The notes: generated by a model not told the origin, from the sequence alone. A stretch of DNA of 64,000 bases from Candidatus Saccharimonadota bacterium (GCA_037200465.1 JBBCFY010000001.1:18885-82884); one strand, 5' to 3'. Counted from the first letter of the stretch, positions 1-9,367 are shown. Made by a program: numbers and translations.

Positions 1-431
1 GCACCCATGCTGATCCACAGGAACGCGGCCAGCGGAAACACGACGCCCAGATAGTTATTGACGATGACCGAAGCAGACTTGAAACCGGGATTGTGTGCGG
101 CGATGATCGACAGGATACCGCCGATGATGGTCGTGATCGGCAGCCCTAAGCTTAACAGCAGCAGCCCGCGCGCCAGTTTCGCAATCTGCCGTCCGTCCTT
201 GGAAGCTTTGATGAGCTGGCTGTAACGGTACAGCTTCTGGTAGCCGTAAAACGCGGCGAACCAGATCAGGACTTCGGGGATGATGATGGTGAAGTCGAGT
301 GCCCGCAGCTCGGCAGAGGTGATGTGGTAGCGGATGAGCGTGGCCTTATCGGGAGCCGGAAACAACGTCAGGCCTATGAACGCGACGACGAACGCGCTGT
401 ACCAATAGAATATCCGTGATTTTAGTCTCAT
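1..431 (-). CDS. hypothetical polytopic membrane protein (partial, C-terminus beyond window edge)
   Basis: Minus-strand frame is open from ATG (431-429) to position 1. Translation MRLKSRIFYWYSAFVVAFIGLTLF... is mostly hydrophobic helices. Absent from the ORF track because it touches the edge. Confidence 0.45.
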   Translation of the reverse strand, partial: MRLKSRIFYWYSAFVVAFIGLTLFPAPDKATLIRYHITSAELRALDFTIIIPEVLIWFAAFYGYQKLYRYSQLIKASKDGRQIAKLARGLLLLSLGLPITTIIGGILSIIAAHNPGFKSASVIVNNYLGVVFPLAAFLWISMG

Positions 432-622
432 GCCGCTCCCTGTTAAATGTAACCGCCGCGCTGGAAATAGATGATAAACGGCAACTGTGCCATCGGCGCT
501 TGCTGCACTACATCATAAGCCCTACGCGGCAATAAGCTGTGTAATTATTCTGACAGAAATCACTTGTGTTCCCAGCATTCCTACATTAAGCTTATGGTAA
601 GAAAAGAGAAAATAACAACACT

Positions 623-1297
623 ATGCCCGCCGCCATCGAGCTGAAGAATCTGACGAAAACCTACAAACTGGGTGATGAAGTGCTCAATGCGCTCGATGGG
701 GTCAGCTGCGATATCAAGTCCGGCGAATTCGTCGCCATCACCGGGCCGTCCGGTTCCGGCAAATCGACGCTGGCGAACATTATCGGTGGGCTCGATAAAC
801 CTACCTCGGGCAGTATCGTTGTTGACGGCAGTGATTTGTCGCATGTGCACGACAAGCAGCTGTCCGATTACCGCAATCATCACATCGGCTTCGTCTTCCA
901 GTCGTTTAACCTCCAAGGTACGCAGACAGCGCTCGAGAATGTCATGCTGCCTTTGGTGTTCTCGCATATGAAGAGCAAGGACCGCAAGGCCCGCGCCAAA
1001 GAGTGCCTGGAAGCAGTCGGTCTTGGTGACCGGCTCAAACACAAGCCAAGCCAGCTGAGCGGCGGCCAACGGCAGCGCGTGGCTATCGCCCGTGCACTCG
1101 CGGTCAAGCCCAGTATCATTCTGGCTGACGAGCCGACCGGTAACCTCGACACTGCCCGCGGCGACGAGATCATGAAGCTGCTGCGCGACCTGAACAAGCA
1201 GGGTATTACGCTCATCGTCATAACCCACGACATGGCTATCGCCAAGCAGGCCGATCGTATCATACATATCCAGGATGGAAAGATGACCCGTCCATGA
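623..1297 (+). CDS. ABC transporter ATP-binding protein (MacB/LolD/FtsE-like)
   Basis: Walker [13 protein letters not shown] signature [15 protein letters not shown], Walker B IILADEPT. 4-nt ATGA overlap with the downstream permease reading frame. Confidence 0.9.
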   Translation: MPAAIELKNLTKTYKLGDEVLNALDGVSCDIKSGEFVAITGPSGSGKSTLANIIGGLDKPTSGSIVVDGSDLSHVHDKQLSDYRNHHIGFVFQSFNLQGTQTALENVMLPLVFSHMKSKDRKARAKECLEAVGLGDRLKHKPSQLSGGQRQRVAIARALAVKPSIILADEPTGNLDTARGDEIMKLLRDLNKQGITLIVITHDMAIAKQADRIIHIQDGKMTRP

Positions 1298-2731
1298 GAT
1301 TCTCCGATTATATACTGATAGCCTTTCGCAACATCCGCCGCCAGAAGCTGCGTAGCGCACTGACCATCTTCGCGGTGGTCATCGGCGCTACCAGCGTTAC
1401 CATCATGCTGGCGGCCGTCTTCAGCCTGAAAGGCTTCATGACCAAGCAGTTCGAAGCCAACGGTACCTTCCAGCAAGTGGCGGTTTCGCCGCAGACCGAT
1501 ATAACCTGGACCAGGGAGGTAATAATTGTACTACTTGTGTCAAGCTTACCGATGACCTGGCGACCAAGATAGCCGGTTTGCAACACGTAATCGGCGTGGC
1601 CCGCGAGACGCAAGTCAACCCATTCCAAGCGCTCATGTACGCAATCAGAAGCTGCGTACCCAGCAGGTAGTCGCATATGATACCAACGGGATCATCAAGA
1701 ATACGGTACTGGCCGCCGGGATATCAGCAGCGGCGATACGACGGGCGTACTCACCATCACCTCGGACTACGCCGATAAACTGGGATTCAAGGGAAATTAC
1801 CAGGCCTTGATCGGCAAGCAGGTCGGCCTTATGACACAGAATTACTATTCGGGCGTCGGTTCCGACCCGATTGCGGCGTTCCAGGCGCAACAGGCCTACT
1901 TCCAGTCTCATCCGGGAGCGGGCGGACAGGATTATCAACCGACACCGATCACGCTCACCGGCACGATTGTCGGTATCATGGACACTACCCAGAACAATTA
2001 TCAGATCCGAGTACCGCTCGACTGGGCCCGCGGCATGGAGGAGAACCAGATGGCGGTCGTAACGCAGGCCGACCAGGACGCCGCGCAGGCCAAATGCCGG
2101 AACAGCCACACGCCCGGCTCGTGCAACACCAGCCGGTGCCGTCTACCGTGACTACTGAGGATGAGCTGGCCAAGCAGGGTTATAACGGATTCATCGTCAA
2201 GGTCGACCAGGCGTCGAATGCCGCGAGCGTGGCCAAGACCATCCGCATACCTACAAGGTTGGGGCGGCCGATGCCCAGACCGAGATCAAGAGCCAGCTGG
2301 CCATCTTCAATATCCTCGGCCTGGTGCTGGGCGGTATCGGCGGGATAGCGTTGGTAGTTGCAGCCGTGGGTGTCGTGAACACTATGATCATGAGCATACT
2401 GGAACGGACCCGCGAGATCGGTGTGATGCGCGCCGTCGGTGCTCGCCGCAGTACCGTCAGCCTGCTGTTCACTATCGAGGCAGCATTGCTGGGATTCTGG
2501 GGCGGTGTCATCGGCCTGGCCATCGGCTACGGCGCGGTATTGGTGGCCAACCCGCTCATCAATAAACAGCTGTCCACCAATAACATCACCAGCTCCAACA
2601 TCATCACGCTGCCTATCTGGCTTATCCTGGGTGTTATCGGGCTCACTACGGTCATCGGTATCCTAGCAGGTCTGTACCCTGCCCGCCGCGCCGCCCGCCT
2701 CGACCCGGTCGAAGCCTTGCACTATGAGTAG
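1294..2731 (+). pseudogene. MacB/FtsX-type ABC permease, broken by about 5 frameshifts
   Basis: The N-terminal TM ([25 protein letters not shown]), the periplasmic-domain pieces and the C-terminal FtsX domain (MSILERTREIGVMRAVGARR...LYPARRAARLDPVEAL) are all recognisable. They lie in different frames (ORFs 1294..1572, 1807..2151, 2094..2348, 2324..2731, plus two unlisted frames between 1510 and 1800). Confidence 0.8.
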
Positions 2732-2732
2732 C

Positions 2733-3307
2733 CTAGCTCAAGTACTGCACCAGCTTTTTAGTAAAACGCTGCATATGTGGATCAAATATTGCCGGGTGTG
2801 ATTGGAGTATTTCGTTAAAGCCGAACCAATTCATATCAGTGAATTCCTGCCGGTCAAACTGCAATGGGTCGTGCATGTCGCCGTGCAGCAAGTACCATAA
2901 GCTGACGTCGGTGTGTCCGGCAGTCAGGCCAACCGTTTGTGTGACGGTGATGAAAAAAGGATGGTCATTATTTTTAAGAAATGTAGCGTCCAAGTTCACT
3001 TCTTCCAACGCCTCTCTGACCACTGTTTGTCTGGGATGTTCATTCAACTCCACATGGCCCCCGGTGGGCAGCCACAGCTGAGCCTTGATGTGGTCACCCA
3101 ATAGCAAACATTTATGTTCCGGATCGATGACTACGAAATATGAAACAAGATGCTTCGGCGGTTTGTCCGGCTTTTCTATCCTGAATATATTCGCACCACT
3201 TTCAATCCAGCCTGCCGCGTCGTCCTGTGCATGATCTCAAGCTCATCAAAAGGTTTGATGTCGTTGATCTCATCTCGGATCTGGTCCCGGACAGTCTGCA
3301 GCTTCAT
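2733..3307 (-). pseudogene. NUDIX hydrolase with one frameshift near 3225-3236
   Basis: Nudix box GGHVELNEHPRQTVVREALEEVNL. The frame stays open upstream of the listed TTG start (KPPKHLVSYFVVIDPEHKCLLLGDH) up to a stop at 3237-3239, with no start codon. A second frame from ATG 3307 encodes MKLQTVRDQIRDEINDIKPFDELEIMH and joins it after a 1-nt shift. Confidence 0.65.
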
Positions 3308-3365
3308 ATACCCGAAGCGTAGATGTAAACACCGATCAAGGCAAGCGCATTATTGACAACAAAAT

Positions 3366-3578
3366 CTAATCGCGGATACGAAGTTTGGCACGACCCTGCA
3401 TGGCGCGGAAGGCACCATGCTTCAGGTTACTGACATCAATGGTCTCGCTGCGCTTGAATGAAAGTATACGCGTGGAATTCGTACTGCCATGAAAAATACG
3501 GAACGGTTTTCCAGCCCTATAGAAGCGTCTGACCTCGGCGGCTATTTTAGAAACCCGGGCAACGTGGTCGTCTCTCAT
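3366..3578 (-). pseudogene. possible N-terminal remnant of a FAD-binding (PCMH/DWF1-like) oxidoreductase
   Basis: 70-aa ORF containing PFRIFHGSTNSTR, which I recall as an N-terminal motif of FAD-linked oxidases. The rest of such a gene (about 400 aa) is absent. Weak call. Confidence 0.3.
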
Positions 3579-3632
3579 CCATATATCCTACCAAATCAAA
3601 GCACCTTCGGAAAAAGCCCTTGGCGCACGGTG

Positions 3633-4133
3633 CTATAAAGTGCCCGGTTCTGAAGCTGTAAATTCTCTTAGAGCCTGCTCATCCATTTGGCAGAGCTGCC
3701 ATTCCGGCAAGATGAGCGCTCCCATATTGCGATACGTTCGTATGGCCGATTCGTTCCAGTCCAGCACCAGCCATTCCATGCGTTTCATGCCCAGATCAAG
3801 CGCGGTCGTGGCTAGGTGCCGGATGAGCTTGGTCCCGATGCCTTGGGCCCTGACCTCCGGGTCCACATAAGCGTCCTCCAGGTGCATGTAGTCACCGACC
3901 CAGGTAGAGAATCGAGTATACCAGATCGCCATGCCGGCGGGTGTACCATCCGTTTCGGCAATGACCGCGTTGAAATGGTTGCCCTCCCGAAGGTATGCGG
4001 CATAATCTTCGACACTCAACTCGACCCGGTCGCGCGCATGCTCGTAGTCTGCCAGATCACAGACGAACCCATGAATAATGGAGGCGTCTTCGGCTGTGGC
4101 AGTACGCAGGTTGAGCATGTATAGAAACTCCAA
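3633..4133 (-). CDS. GNAT family N-acetyltransferase (diamine/SSAT-like)
   Basis: 166 aa. The acetyl-CoA binding segment VDPEVRAQGIGTKLIRHL and the overall GNAT layout are present. TTG start at 4133 or ATG at 4118. Confidence 0.85.
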   Translation of the reverse strand: MEFLYMLNLRTATAEDASIIHGFVCDLADYEHARDRVELSVEDYAAYLREGNHFNAVIAETDGTPAGMAIWYTRFSTWVGDYMHLEDAYVDPEVRAQGIGTKLIRHLATTALDLGMKRMEWLVLDWNESAIRTYRNMGALILPEWQLCQMDEQALREFTASEPGTL

Positions 4134-4168
4134 AAGATGATAAAAACCCGGTAGACGGACTTAGATAA

Positions 4169-4245
4169 TGGTAGCGGCGACAAGACTTGAACTTGTGACC
4201 CCAGGCTTATGAGTCCTGTGCTCTAACCAGCTGAGCTACGCCGCC
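4169..4245 (-). tRNA. tRNA-Met (anticodon CAT), elongator-like; a tRNA-Ile2 (lysidine) identity cannot be excluded
   Basis: Reverse complement GGCGGCGTAGCTCAGCTGGTTAGAGCACAGGACTCATAAGCCTGGGGTCACAAGTTCAAGTCTTGTCGCCGCTACCA folds as a cloverleaf. The anticodon loop is CTCATAA, the T-loop is TTCAAGT, and CCA is encoded. It closely resembles the E. coli metT-type body. Confidence 0.85.
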
Positions 4246-4311
4246 CTAATTTGGCTTGTACCAAAATCAGTAAAGAACAGGGGAGATTGTAACAGATTCG
4301 AGGGATGTTGG

Positions 4312-5073
4312 CTAGTATTGGCGGAGGGCTAGGTAGACTACGGCGCTCAACCCGATGGCGATTATGGTGATACGCAGCCAGTGGCTGGAGACTTTCTGGG
4401 CGCTGCGGGCGCCGCAGTATCCGCCGATGGTCGCGCCGGCGGCCATCACCAGGCCGGTGCGCCACTGGATCAGGTGCGAACTATACAGGCAGAGTATCGA
4501 GGTACCGGAAAGAAAGATAGCCGAGACGTTCTTCATGGCGTTCATCATGTGGGTGTCGGGCATGTTCGTGAAGCCGAGCAGCCCGAGCATGATGAAGCCG
4601 TAGCCGGCCCCGAAAAAGCCGCCGTAAAAACTTAAGGGAAGCATAATGAAACCGATAAGTACCATCGGCAGCCAGCTGCGGCGGATACCTTTGACGTGCA
4701 AGTGCAGGTGGAAATGCAGGAACGGCTGGAAGGCGAACAGCAATACGCCGAACAGCACTAGCTCCGGCACGATGCTGGTGAAATCATGTGCGGAAGTGTT
4801 ACGCAATGTCAGCGCTCCAAGTGCCGCGCCGGTTACCACCGGAAAGATGAACAACGCATAGCGCAGCGGCACCCGCTTCAGGTATTTCCAGTAGCCGATG
4901 GCCGAAGTAACCTGTCCCGGCCAGGTCACGACGCTGCCGGTGGCGTTGGCCATCAGCGGCGGCACGCCCAGCGCGATCAGCACCGGGAACCCCACGAGCA
5001 TGCCGCCGCCGGCGATGGCGTTCATGGCCCCCACCACGAACCCGGCCAGCAATAGTGCGATATCTTTTTCCAT
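4312..5073 (-). CDS. TauE/SafE family sulfite-exporter-like membrane protein
   Basis: 253 aa, about 7-8 TM helices. The N-terminal GFVVGAMNAIAGGGMLVGFPVL is typical of TauE/SafE (DUF81). Confidence 0.8.
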   Translation of the reverse strand: MEKDIALLLAGFVVGAMNAIAGGGMLVGFPVLIALGVPPLMANATGSVVTWPGQVTSAIGYWKYLKRVPLRYALFIFPVVTGAALGALTLRNTSAHDFTSIVPELVLFGVLLFAFQPFLHFHLHLHVKGIRRSWLPMVLIGFIMLPLSFYGGFFGAGYGFIMLGLLGFTNMPDTHMMNAMKNVSAIFLSGTSILCLYSSHLIQWRTGLVMAAGATIGGYCGARSAQKVSSHWLRITIIAIGLSAVVYLALRQY

Positions 5074-5119
5074 GTTTATTGTTGTTTTCTAAGGACAGTA
5101 TAGCTGCTATTGTTATTTT

Positions 5120-5569
5120 ATGGCAGAGAAGAAAGTGGGGGTCGGTTTTGGTGTCATGCTCATCAGGGACGGGAAAGTATTGCTCGGCAGGCGTCACGAC
5201 GACCCAGAGAAGGCAGATAGCCTACTGAATGGTGCAGGGAAATGGACTATGCCGGGCGGAAAATTGGATTTCGGAGAGACCTTTGAGGTTGGTGCGAGTC
5301 GGGAAGTACTAGAAGAAACAGGTATCACAACCGGTAAATTAAGCGTGATTTGTGTCAATCAAGATATCGTGGAAACTGCACACTTTATAACTATCGGGCT
5401 CATGTGCAAAGAATTTTCCGGCGAGCCTCAAGTCATGGAGCCGGATGAAATTACCAAGTGGGATTGGTTCGATCTTAATAGTCTTCCGACCCCGCTTTAT
5501 TTTCCCAGCGCCAAAATCTTTGAGAATTACGCGAAGAAGAAGTTTTATATTGCCAAATTCAATATGTGA
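5120..5569 (+). CDS. NUDIX hydrolase
   Basis: Nudix box GGKLDFGETFEVGASREVLEETGI; 149 aa. Confidence 0.85.
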   Translation: MAEKKVGVGFGVMLIRDGKVLLGRRHDDPEKADSLLNGAGKWTMPGGKLDFGETFEVGASREVLEETGITTGKLSVICVNQDIVETAHFITIGLMCKEFSGEPQVMEPDEITKWDWFDLNSLPTPLYFPSAKIFENYAKKKFYIAKFNM

Positions 5570-5596
5570 GCTACTGCTTGCTAAACCTTAATAAAC

Positions 5597-6004
5597 TTAC
5601 GGACGGAAGCCAGTGGCGATGAAGTGCTCCATGGGCAAAAAGACAGGCGAAGGTAAATCGTCCCAGTCAAACCATTGCCATTTGACCATTCTGTCCGGCT
5701 CCATGATTTGTGGCTCACCAGACTTCCAGGCAGCCTTCATATATATAGTTACATAGTGTTTGTTTTCCTTGTCAAAGATATCATTTGTGCATGTCACAAA
5801 CTCAACCTTAGCGATAGCTAGGCCTGTTTCTTCGGCAACTTCCCGAACTGCACAACCTTCGAACGATTCGCCAAATTCCAGATGTCCGCCCGGAAAGCTC
5901 CAAGTGCCCTCACCGTGCGCATTCAGACGCTGGCCCATTAATACCTTGCCGTCTCTGACCACGCATACTCCTACGCCGACTTTCGGCCTATTCTGCTCAT
6001 CCAT
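5597..6004 (-). CDS. NUDIX hydrolase
   Basis: Nudix box GGHLEFGESFEGCAVREVAEETGL; 135 aa. Paralogous to 5120..5569. Confidence 0.85.
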   Translation of the reverse strand: MDEQNRPKVGVGVCVVRDGKVLMGQRLNAHGEGTWSFPGGHLEFGESFEGCAVREVAEETGLAIAKVEFVTCTNDIFDKENKHYVTIYMKAAWKSGEPQIMEPDRMVKWQWFDWDDLPSPVFLPMEHFIATGFRP

Positions 6005-6021
6005 TGATACAATTATACGGT

Positions 6022-6945
6022 ATGGATATCGATTTGGAGCCGGGGAGGTACGTGGTGGCAGTGAGCGGTGGAGTGGACTCCGTGGCGTTACTGCATATCC
6101 TGACTCAGGTGGGAATGGATTCCCGCCTGCGCGGGAATGACAAGGCAGGGAAGTACCAATTTACCGTTGCGCATTTTGATCATGGTATCCGGGAAGATTC
6201 GGCGGAAGACCGGCGGCTGGTGCAGGCGCTGGCAAGAGAGTATGGGCTGCCGTTCGCGCATCACCAGGGGAAACTCGGGCCCCAGGCGAGCGAGGCGCAG
6301 GCCCGCGAAGCCCGTTACCGGTTCTTGCACCGGGTGCGGCAGGCAAGCGGGGCAGGGGCGGTCATCACGGCGCACCACCAGGATGATGTGCTCGAAACCG
6401 TCATTCTGAATTTACTGCGCGGTACCGGACGGCGTGGACTCAGCTCATTGAAAAGCACGGACGTGGTGAAGCGTCCGCTGCTGCACGTGCCCAAAAAAGA
6501 ATTGCTCCGCTTCGCTAAGAGGGAAGGGCTCAGCTACCGCGAAGACAGCACCAATGCCGACCCGAAATATCTGCGGAACTATATCCGTCAGAACATATTG
6601 CCTCGCTTCGCTGAAACCGACAGGGAAGTGCTGCTGGCCACCATGCGGCGCGCGCAGGAGCTGAACGAGGCGATAGGGCAGCAGGCGGTGAACTACTTGC
6701 ATATGCAACCGGCCGCCGGCGTACTGGATCGGCAGGCGTTCATCATGCTGCCGCATGCCGTGGCGCGCGAAATCATGGCCGAGTGGCTGCTGGCCAACAC
6801 CGGTGCGCAGCTCTCGAAGAAGCTGCTGGAGCGCCTGGTGGTGGCAGCCAAAACCGGCCGCAGCGGCAGCCGGGTGGATGTGGATAAAGGCCACTGGCTG
6901 GAGATTGCCCGGCAGACTCTGGCACTCCGCACCCGTGAGCGCTAG
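6022..6945 (+). CDS. tilS: tRNA(Ile)-lysidine synthase
   Basis: PP-loop VAVSGGVDSVALLH, HFDHGIRE, and TAHHQDDVLET. The track ORF starts at TTG 6004. ATG 6022 is preferred because TACAAT lies 8 nt upstream. Confidence 0.85.
   Translation: MDIDLEPGRYVVAVSGGVDSVALLHILTQVGMDSRLRGNDKAGKYQFTVAHFDHGIREDSAEDRRLVQALAREYGLPFAHHQGKLGPQASEAQAREARYRFLHRVRQASGAGAVITAHHQDDVLETVILNLLRGTGRRGLSSLKSTDVVKRPLLHVPKKELLRFAKREGLSYREDSTNADPKYLRNYIRQNILPRFAETDREVLLATMRRAQELNEAIGQQAVNYLHMQPAAGVLDRQAFIMLPHAVAREIMAEWLLANTGAQLSKKLLERLVVAAKTGRSGSRVDVDKGHWLEIARQTLALRTRER
6115..6141. repeat. 27-nt GC-rich palindromic repeat copy inside tilS (in frame, codons MDSRLRGND)
   Basis: atggattcccgcctgcgcgggaatgac is identical to 43421..43447. 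It contains the hairpin attcccgc-ctgc-gcgggaat. Confidence 0.85.
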
Positions 6946-6981
6946 GCAAAGGGGCGCGAAAAGTTGTATACTTAGACGGAC

Positions 6982-8847
6982 ATGGATAAAAAACCTTTAC
7001 GACCCAATGCCAAACGTAGCCAGGGAGGGCGGGGACTCAAGAACGCCGGCTTTGTCGCGCTGATAGTGCTCGTGGCGCTCATCAGCTACGCGGCTTATCG
7101 GCAACCCAGTACGCTCACCGAAATCCCGATTTCCAAGGCCGTCCAGCAAGCCGATGCGGGGCAATACCAGAAAGTGGAAGTGAGCGGCAATGAGCTGGAT
7201 ATTACCAAAAAGGGCGACAGCAAGCCGACGCTCAAGGCCTTCAAGGAAGATGGTGTCAGCCTGAAGGATGAGGGCCTGAATTATGATAAGGTCCAGGTGA
7301 GCATCAAGCCGGGCAGCAGCACTGGCGCATTGGTAGGCAGTCTGGCGGTGAACCTTATCCCGGTGCTGCTCATCGGCGGCCTATTGTACTTTATGCTTAA
7401 GAGCGCCCAGGGGCAGGGCAACCAGGCGCTCAGTTTCGGCAAATCCCGCGCCCGGCTGTACGGCAACGAGAAGGACAAGGTCAGCTTCAAGAGCGTGGCC
7501 GGCCAGGCCGAAGCCAAGCAAGACCTGGAAGAGGTCGTCGAGTTTTTGAAGTTCCCCAAGAAGTTCGCATCGCTCGGTGCACGGATTCCTAAGGGTGTTT
7601 TGCTGGTAGGCCCTCCGGGTACCGGCAAGACCTTGTTGGCCCGCGCGGCGGCAGGGGAGGCCGGTGTTCCCTTCTTCAGTATCTCCGGTTCCGAGTTCGT
7701 CGAGATGTTCGTGGGTGTCGGCGCCAGCCGCGTACGCGATCTGTTCGCCAAGGCCAAAAAGAACGCGCCGTGCATCATATTCGTCGATGAAATCGATGCC
7801 GTCGGCCGCCGCCGCGGATCCGGCATGGGCGGTGGGCACGACGAGCGCGAGCAGACCCTGAACCAGATATTGGTAGAGATGGACGGATTCGAACAGGGCG
7901 TCAACGTCATCGTGCTGGCCGCAACCAACCGCGCCGACGTGCTTGACCCTGCCCTGCTCCGCCCCGGCCGGTTTGACCGCCGCGTGAACATCGGCCTGCC
8001 CGACCGCCCAGACCGCAAAGCCATCCTGGACGTGCACTTCGAGAAGAAGCCGTTAGCCAAAGACGTGGATGTCGATGCCTTGGCCGCCAAAACGGCCGGT
8101 TCGTCCGGTGCGGATCTGGCCAACATCACCAACGAAGCTGCCATCATCGCGGCCCGCTCCAACCATACGCAGATTACTCAGGCCGACGTCACCGAAGCGT
8201 TCGAGCGCGTAGCTATCGGCCCGGAGCGCAAGAGCAAGGTTATGAACGACCATGAAAAGGAGCTGACCGCCTACCACGAAGCCGGCCACGCCATCGTCGG
8301 CCATGTGCTGCCGGATAGCGATGTCGTGCACAAGGTCACTATCATCCCGCGCGGCGGGACTGGTGGTGTCACCTGGTTCATCCCGCCCGAGGACAAGAGC
8401 TACCACAGCATCCTTGAATACAAAGACATATTGGCCCGTATGCTGGGCGGCCGCATCGCCGAGGAAGTCATCTACGGCAAGGAGCGGGTGACTACGGGTG
8501 CCGGCAACGACCTGCAGAAAGCCGCTGAGCTGGCCCGCGACATGGTCATCAACCAGGGCATGGGCACCAAGCTGCGCGACCAAGTCTTCCACGTGGAAGA
8601 GGGCATGATGCTAGAGCGTATGGTGCACGAACGTGAGTACAGCGACGACACCGCCAAGGTAATCGACCAGGAAGTAGAAGCTCTGATTACCGAAGCCGCT
8701 ACCCGCGCCCGCGCTGTCATCAAGGCAAACATCAAATACATCACGGCGCTCAAGGACAGGCTGCTCGAAAAAGAGACCGTCGACGCCGACGAAGTCCATG
8801 AACTATTCGAGGGCTCTCATCTCCCCAAAGAAGCTTCGCTCTATTGA
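6982..8847 (+). CDS. ftsH: ATP-dependent zinc metalloprotease FtsH
   Basis: N-terminal TM, AAA+ Walker A GPPGTGKT, Walker [12 protein letters not shown] region, zinc motif HEAGHA; 621 aa. Confidence 0.97.
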   Translation: MDKKPLRPNAKRSQGGRGLKNAGFVALIVLVALISYAAYRQPSTLTEIPISKAVQQADAGQYQKVEVSGNELDITKKGDSKPTLKAFKEDGVSLKDEGLNYDKVQVSIKPGSSTGALVGSLAVNLIPVLLIGGLLYFMLKSAQGQGNQALSFGKSRARLYGNEKDKVSFKSVAGQAEAKQDLEEVVEFLKFPKKFASLGARIPKGVLLVGPPGTGKTLLARAAAGEAGVPFFSISGSEFVEMFVGVGASRVRDLFAKAKKNAPCIIFVDEIDAVGRRRGSGMGGGHDEREQTLNQILVEMDGFEQGVNVIVLAATNRADVLDPALLRPGRFDRRVNIGLPDRPDRKAILDVHFEKKPLAKDVDVDALAAKTAGSSGADLANITNEAAIIAARSNHTQITQADVTEAFERVAIGPERKSKVMNDHEKELTAYHEAGHAIVGHVLPDSDVVHKVTIIPRGGTGGVTWFIPPEDKSYHSILEYKDILARMLGGRIAEEVIYGKERVTTGAGNDLQKAAELARDMVINQGMGTKLRDQVFHVEEGMMLERMVHEREYSDDTAKVIDQEVEALITEAATRARAVIKANIKYITALKDRLLEKETVDADEVHELFEGSHLPKEASLY

Positions 8848-8961
8848 GAGAACCGAGATAGGTTCTCTCAACGCGCCGGCAAAATCGAATAGATTTTGTC
8901 GGGCTTCTCTTTCCTGAGAAGCTTATAAAAATAACTACGGAATGAATCCATAGTTATTTTT
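8845..8961 (+). terminator. array of four consecutive stem-loops downstream of ftsH
   Basis: The four stem-loops are:
- tgagagaacc/ggttctctca (8845-8870)
- caaaat/attttg (about 8878-8900)
- gcttctc/gagaagc (8904-8923)
- aaaaataactacgg/ccatagttattttt (8927-8961)
Only the last has flanking A/T tracts. Confidence 0.4.
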
Positions 8962-9031
8962 CGATGCGACTGACTGGGGGGGGGCAGTTGCCTAAAACCG
9001 GAAACGGATTTCTGGGCTTGGGAAACTGCTT

Positions 9032-9098
9032 GGGTGGGGGAGATGAAACGCTCGCGCGAAAGAAAATAACTTCGCGTAAACGCCTATCTCCCCCACCC
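9032..9098. other. 67-nt GC-rich stem-loop (13-bp perfect stem) of unknown function
   Basis: gggtgggggagat (9032-9044) pairs perfectly with atctcccccaccc (9086-9098). An inner hairpin is cgcgaa...ttcgcg. It lies in the convergent intergenic region. Confidence 0.4.
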
Positions 9099-9156
9099 GG
9101 TGTTCATCTGTTCCCCGCCAGAACTGGTTGTACCTAGTTCCGGCGCCGGCGTGTGG

Positions 9157-9288
9157 CTACTTGCTGCCCTTGCCCTTGCTGACTGTCTCGGGACGGTGCC
9201 TGCCGTTGTCGCCACTGCTGGTTGACGTCGACGTACCGCCGCTCTTGTCCTTGTGCGAGACAGCCGGTGCGGTCGGGATGTGGATCAT
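9157..9288 (-). CDS. small hydrophilic hypothetical protein (43 aa)
   Basis: The Shine-Dalgarno-like sequence aaaggaaaggaacaacc is followed by ATG. Translation is MIHIPTAPAVSHKDKSGGTSTSTSSGDNGRHRPETVSKGKGSK. It is below the ORF-track size cut-off and preceded by a palindromic operator-like site. Confidence 0.35.
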   Translation of the reverse strand: MIHIPTAPAVSHKDKSGGTSTSTSSGDNGRHRPETVSKGKGSK

Positions 9289-9338
9289 GGTTGTTCCTTT
9301 CCTTTCGGGGAGCCAAAGCGCGGAATAGCGCTATGGGT

Positions 9339-9367
9339 TGAACAGTGTTCAGTATATGACTGAACAC
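9339..9367. promoter_or_regulatory. operator-like cluster of three TGAACA/TGTTCA half-sites overlapping a minus-strand TATACT
   Basis: tgaaca-g-tgttca-gtatatgac-tgaaca. This includes the perfect palindrome gtgttcagt-atatg-actgaacac (9345-9367), about 55-80 nt upstream of the small ORF start at 9288. Confidence 0.4.

Noticed and set aside
3150-3356. 68-aa plus-strand ORF in the NUDIX upstream region.
   Set aside because: It is antisense to the two reading frames that together reconstruct the NUDIX N-terminus.
4169-4245. Calling the CAT-anticodon tRNA as initiator tRNA-fMet or as tRNA-Ile2.
   Set aside because: It lacks the three consecutive G-C pairs at the base of the anticodon stem and the 1-72 mismatch of initiators. 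Its body closely resembles elongator tRNA-Met. Ile2 cannot be excluded without a classifier, so this is only noted.
7281-8592. Several ORFs of 180-290 aa antisense to ftsH.
   Set aside because: Same shadow-ORF phenomenon. ftsH is intact on the plus strand.
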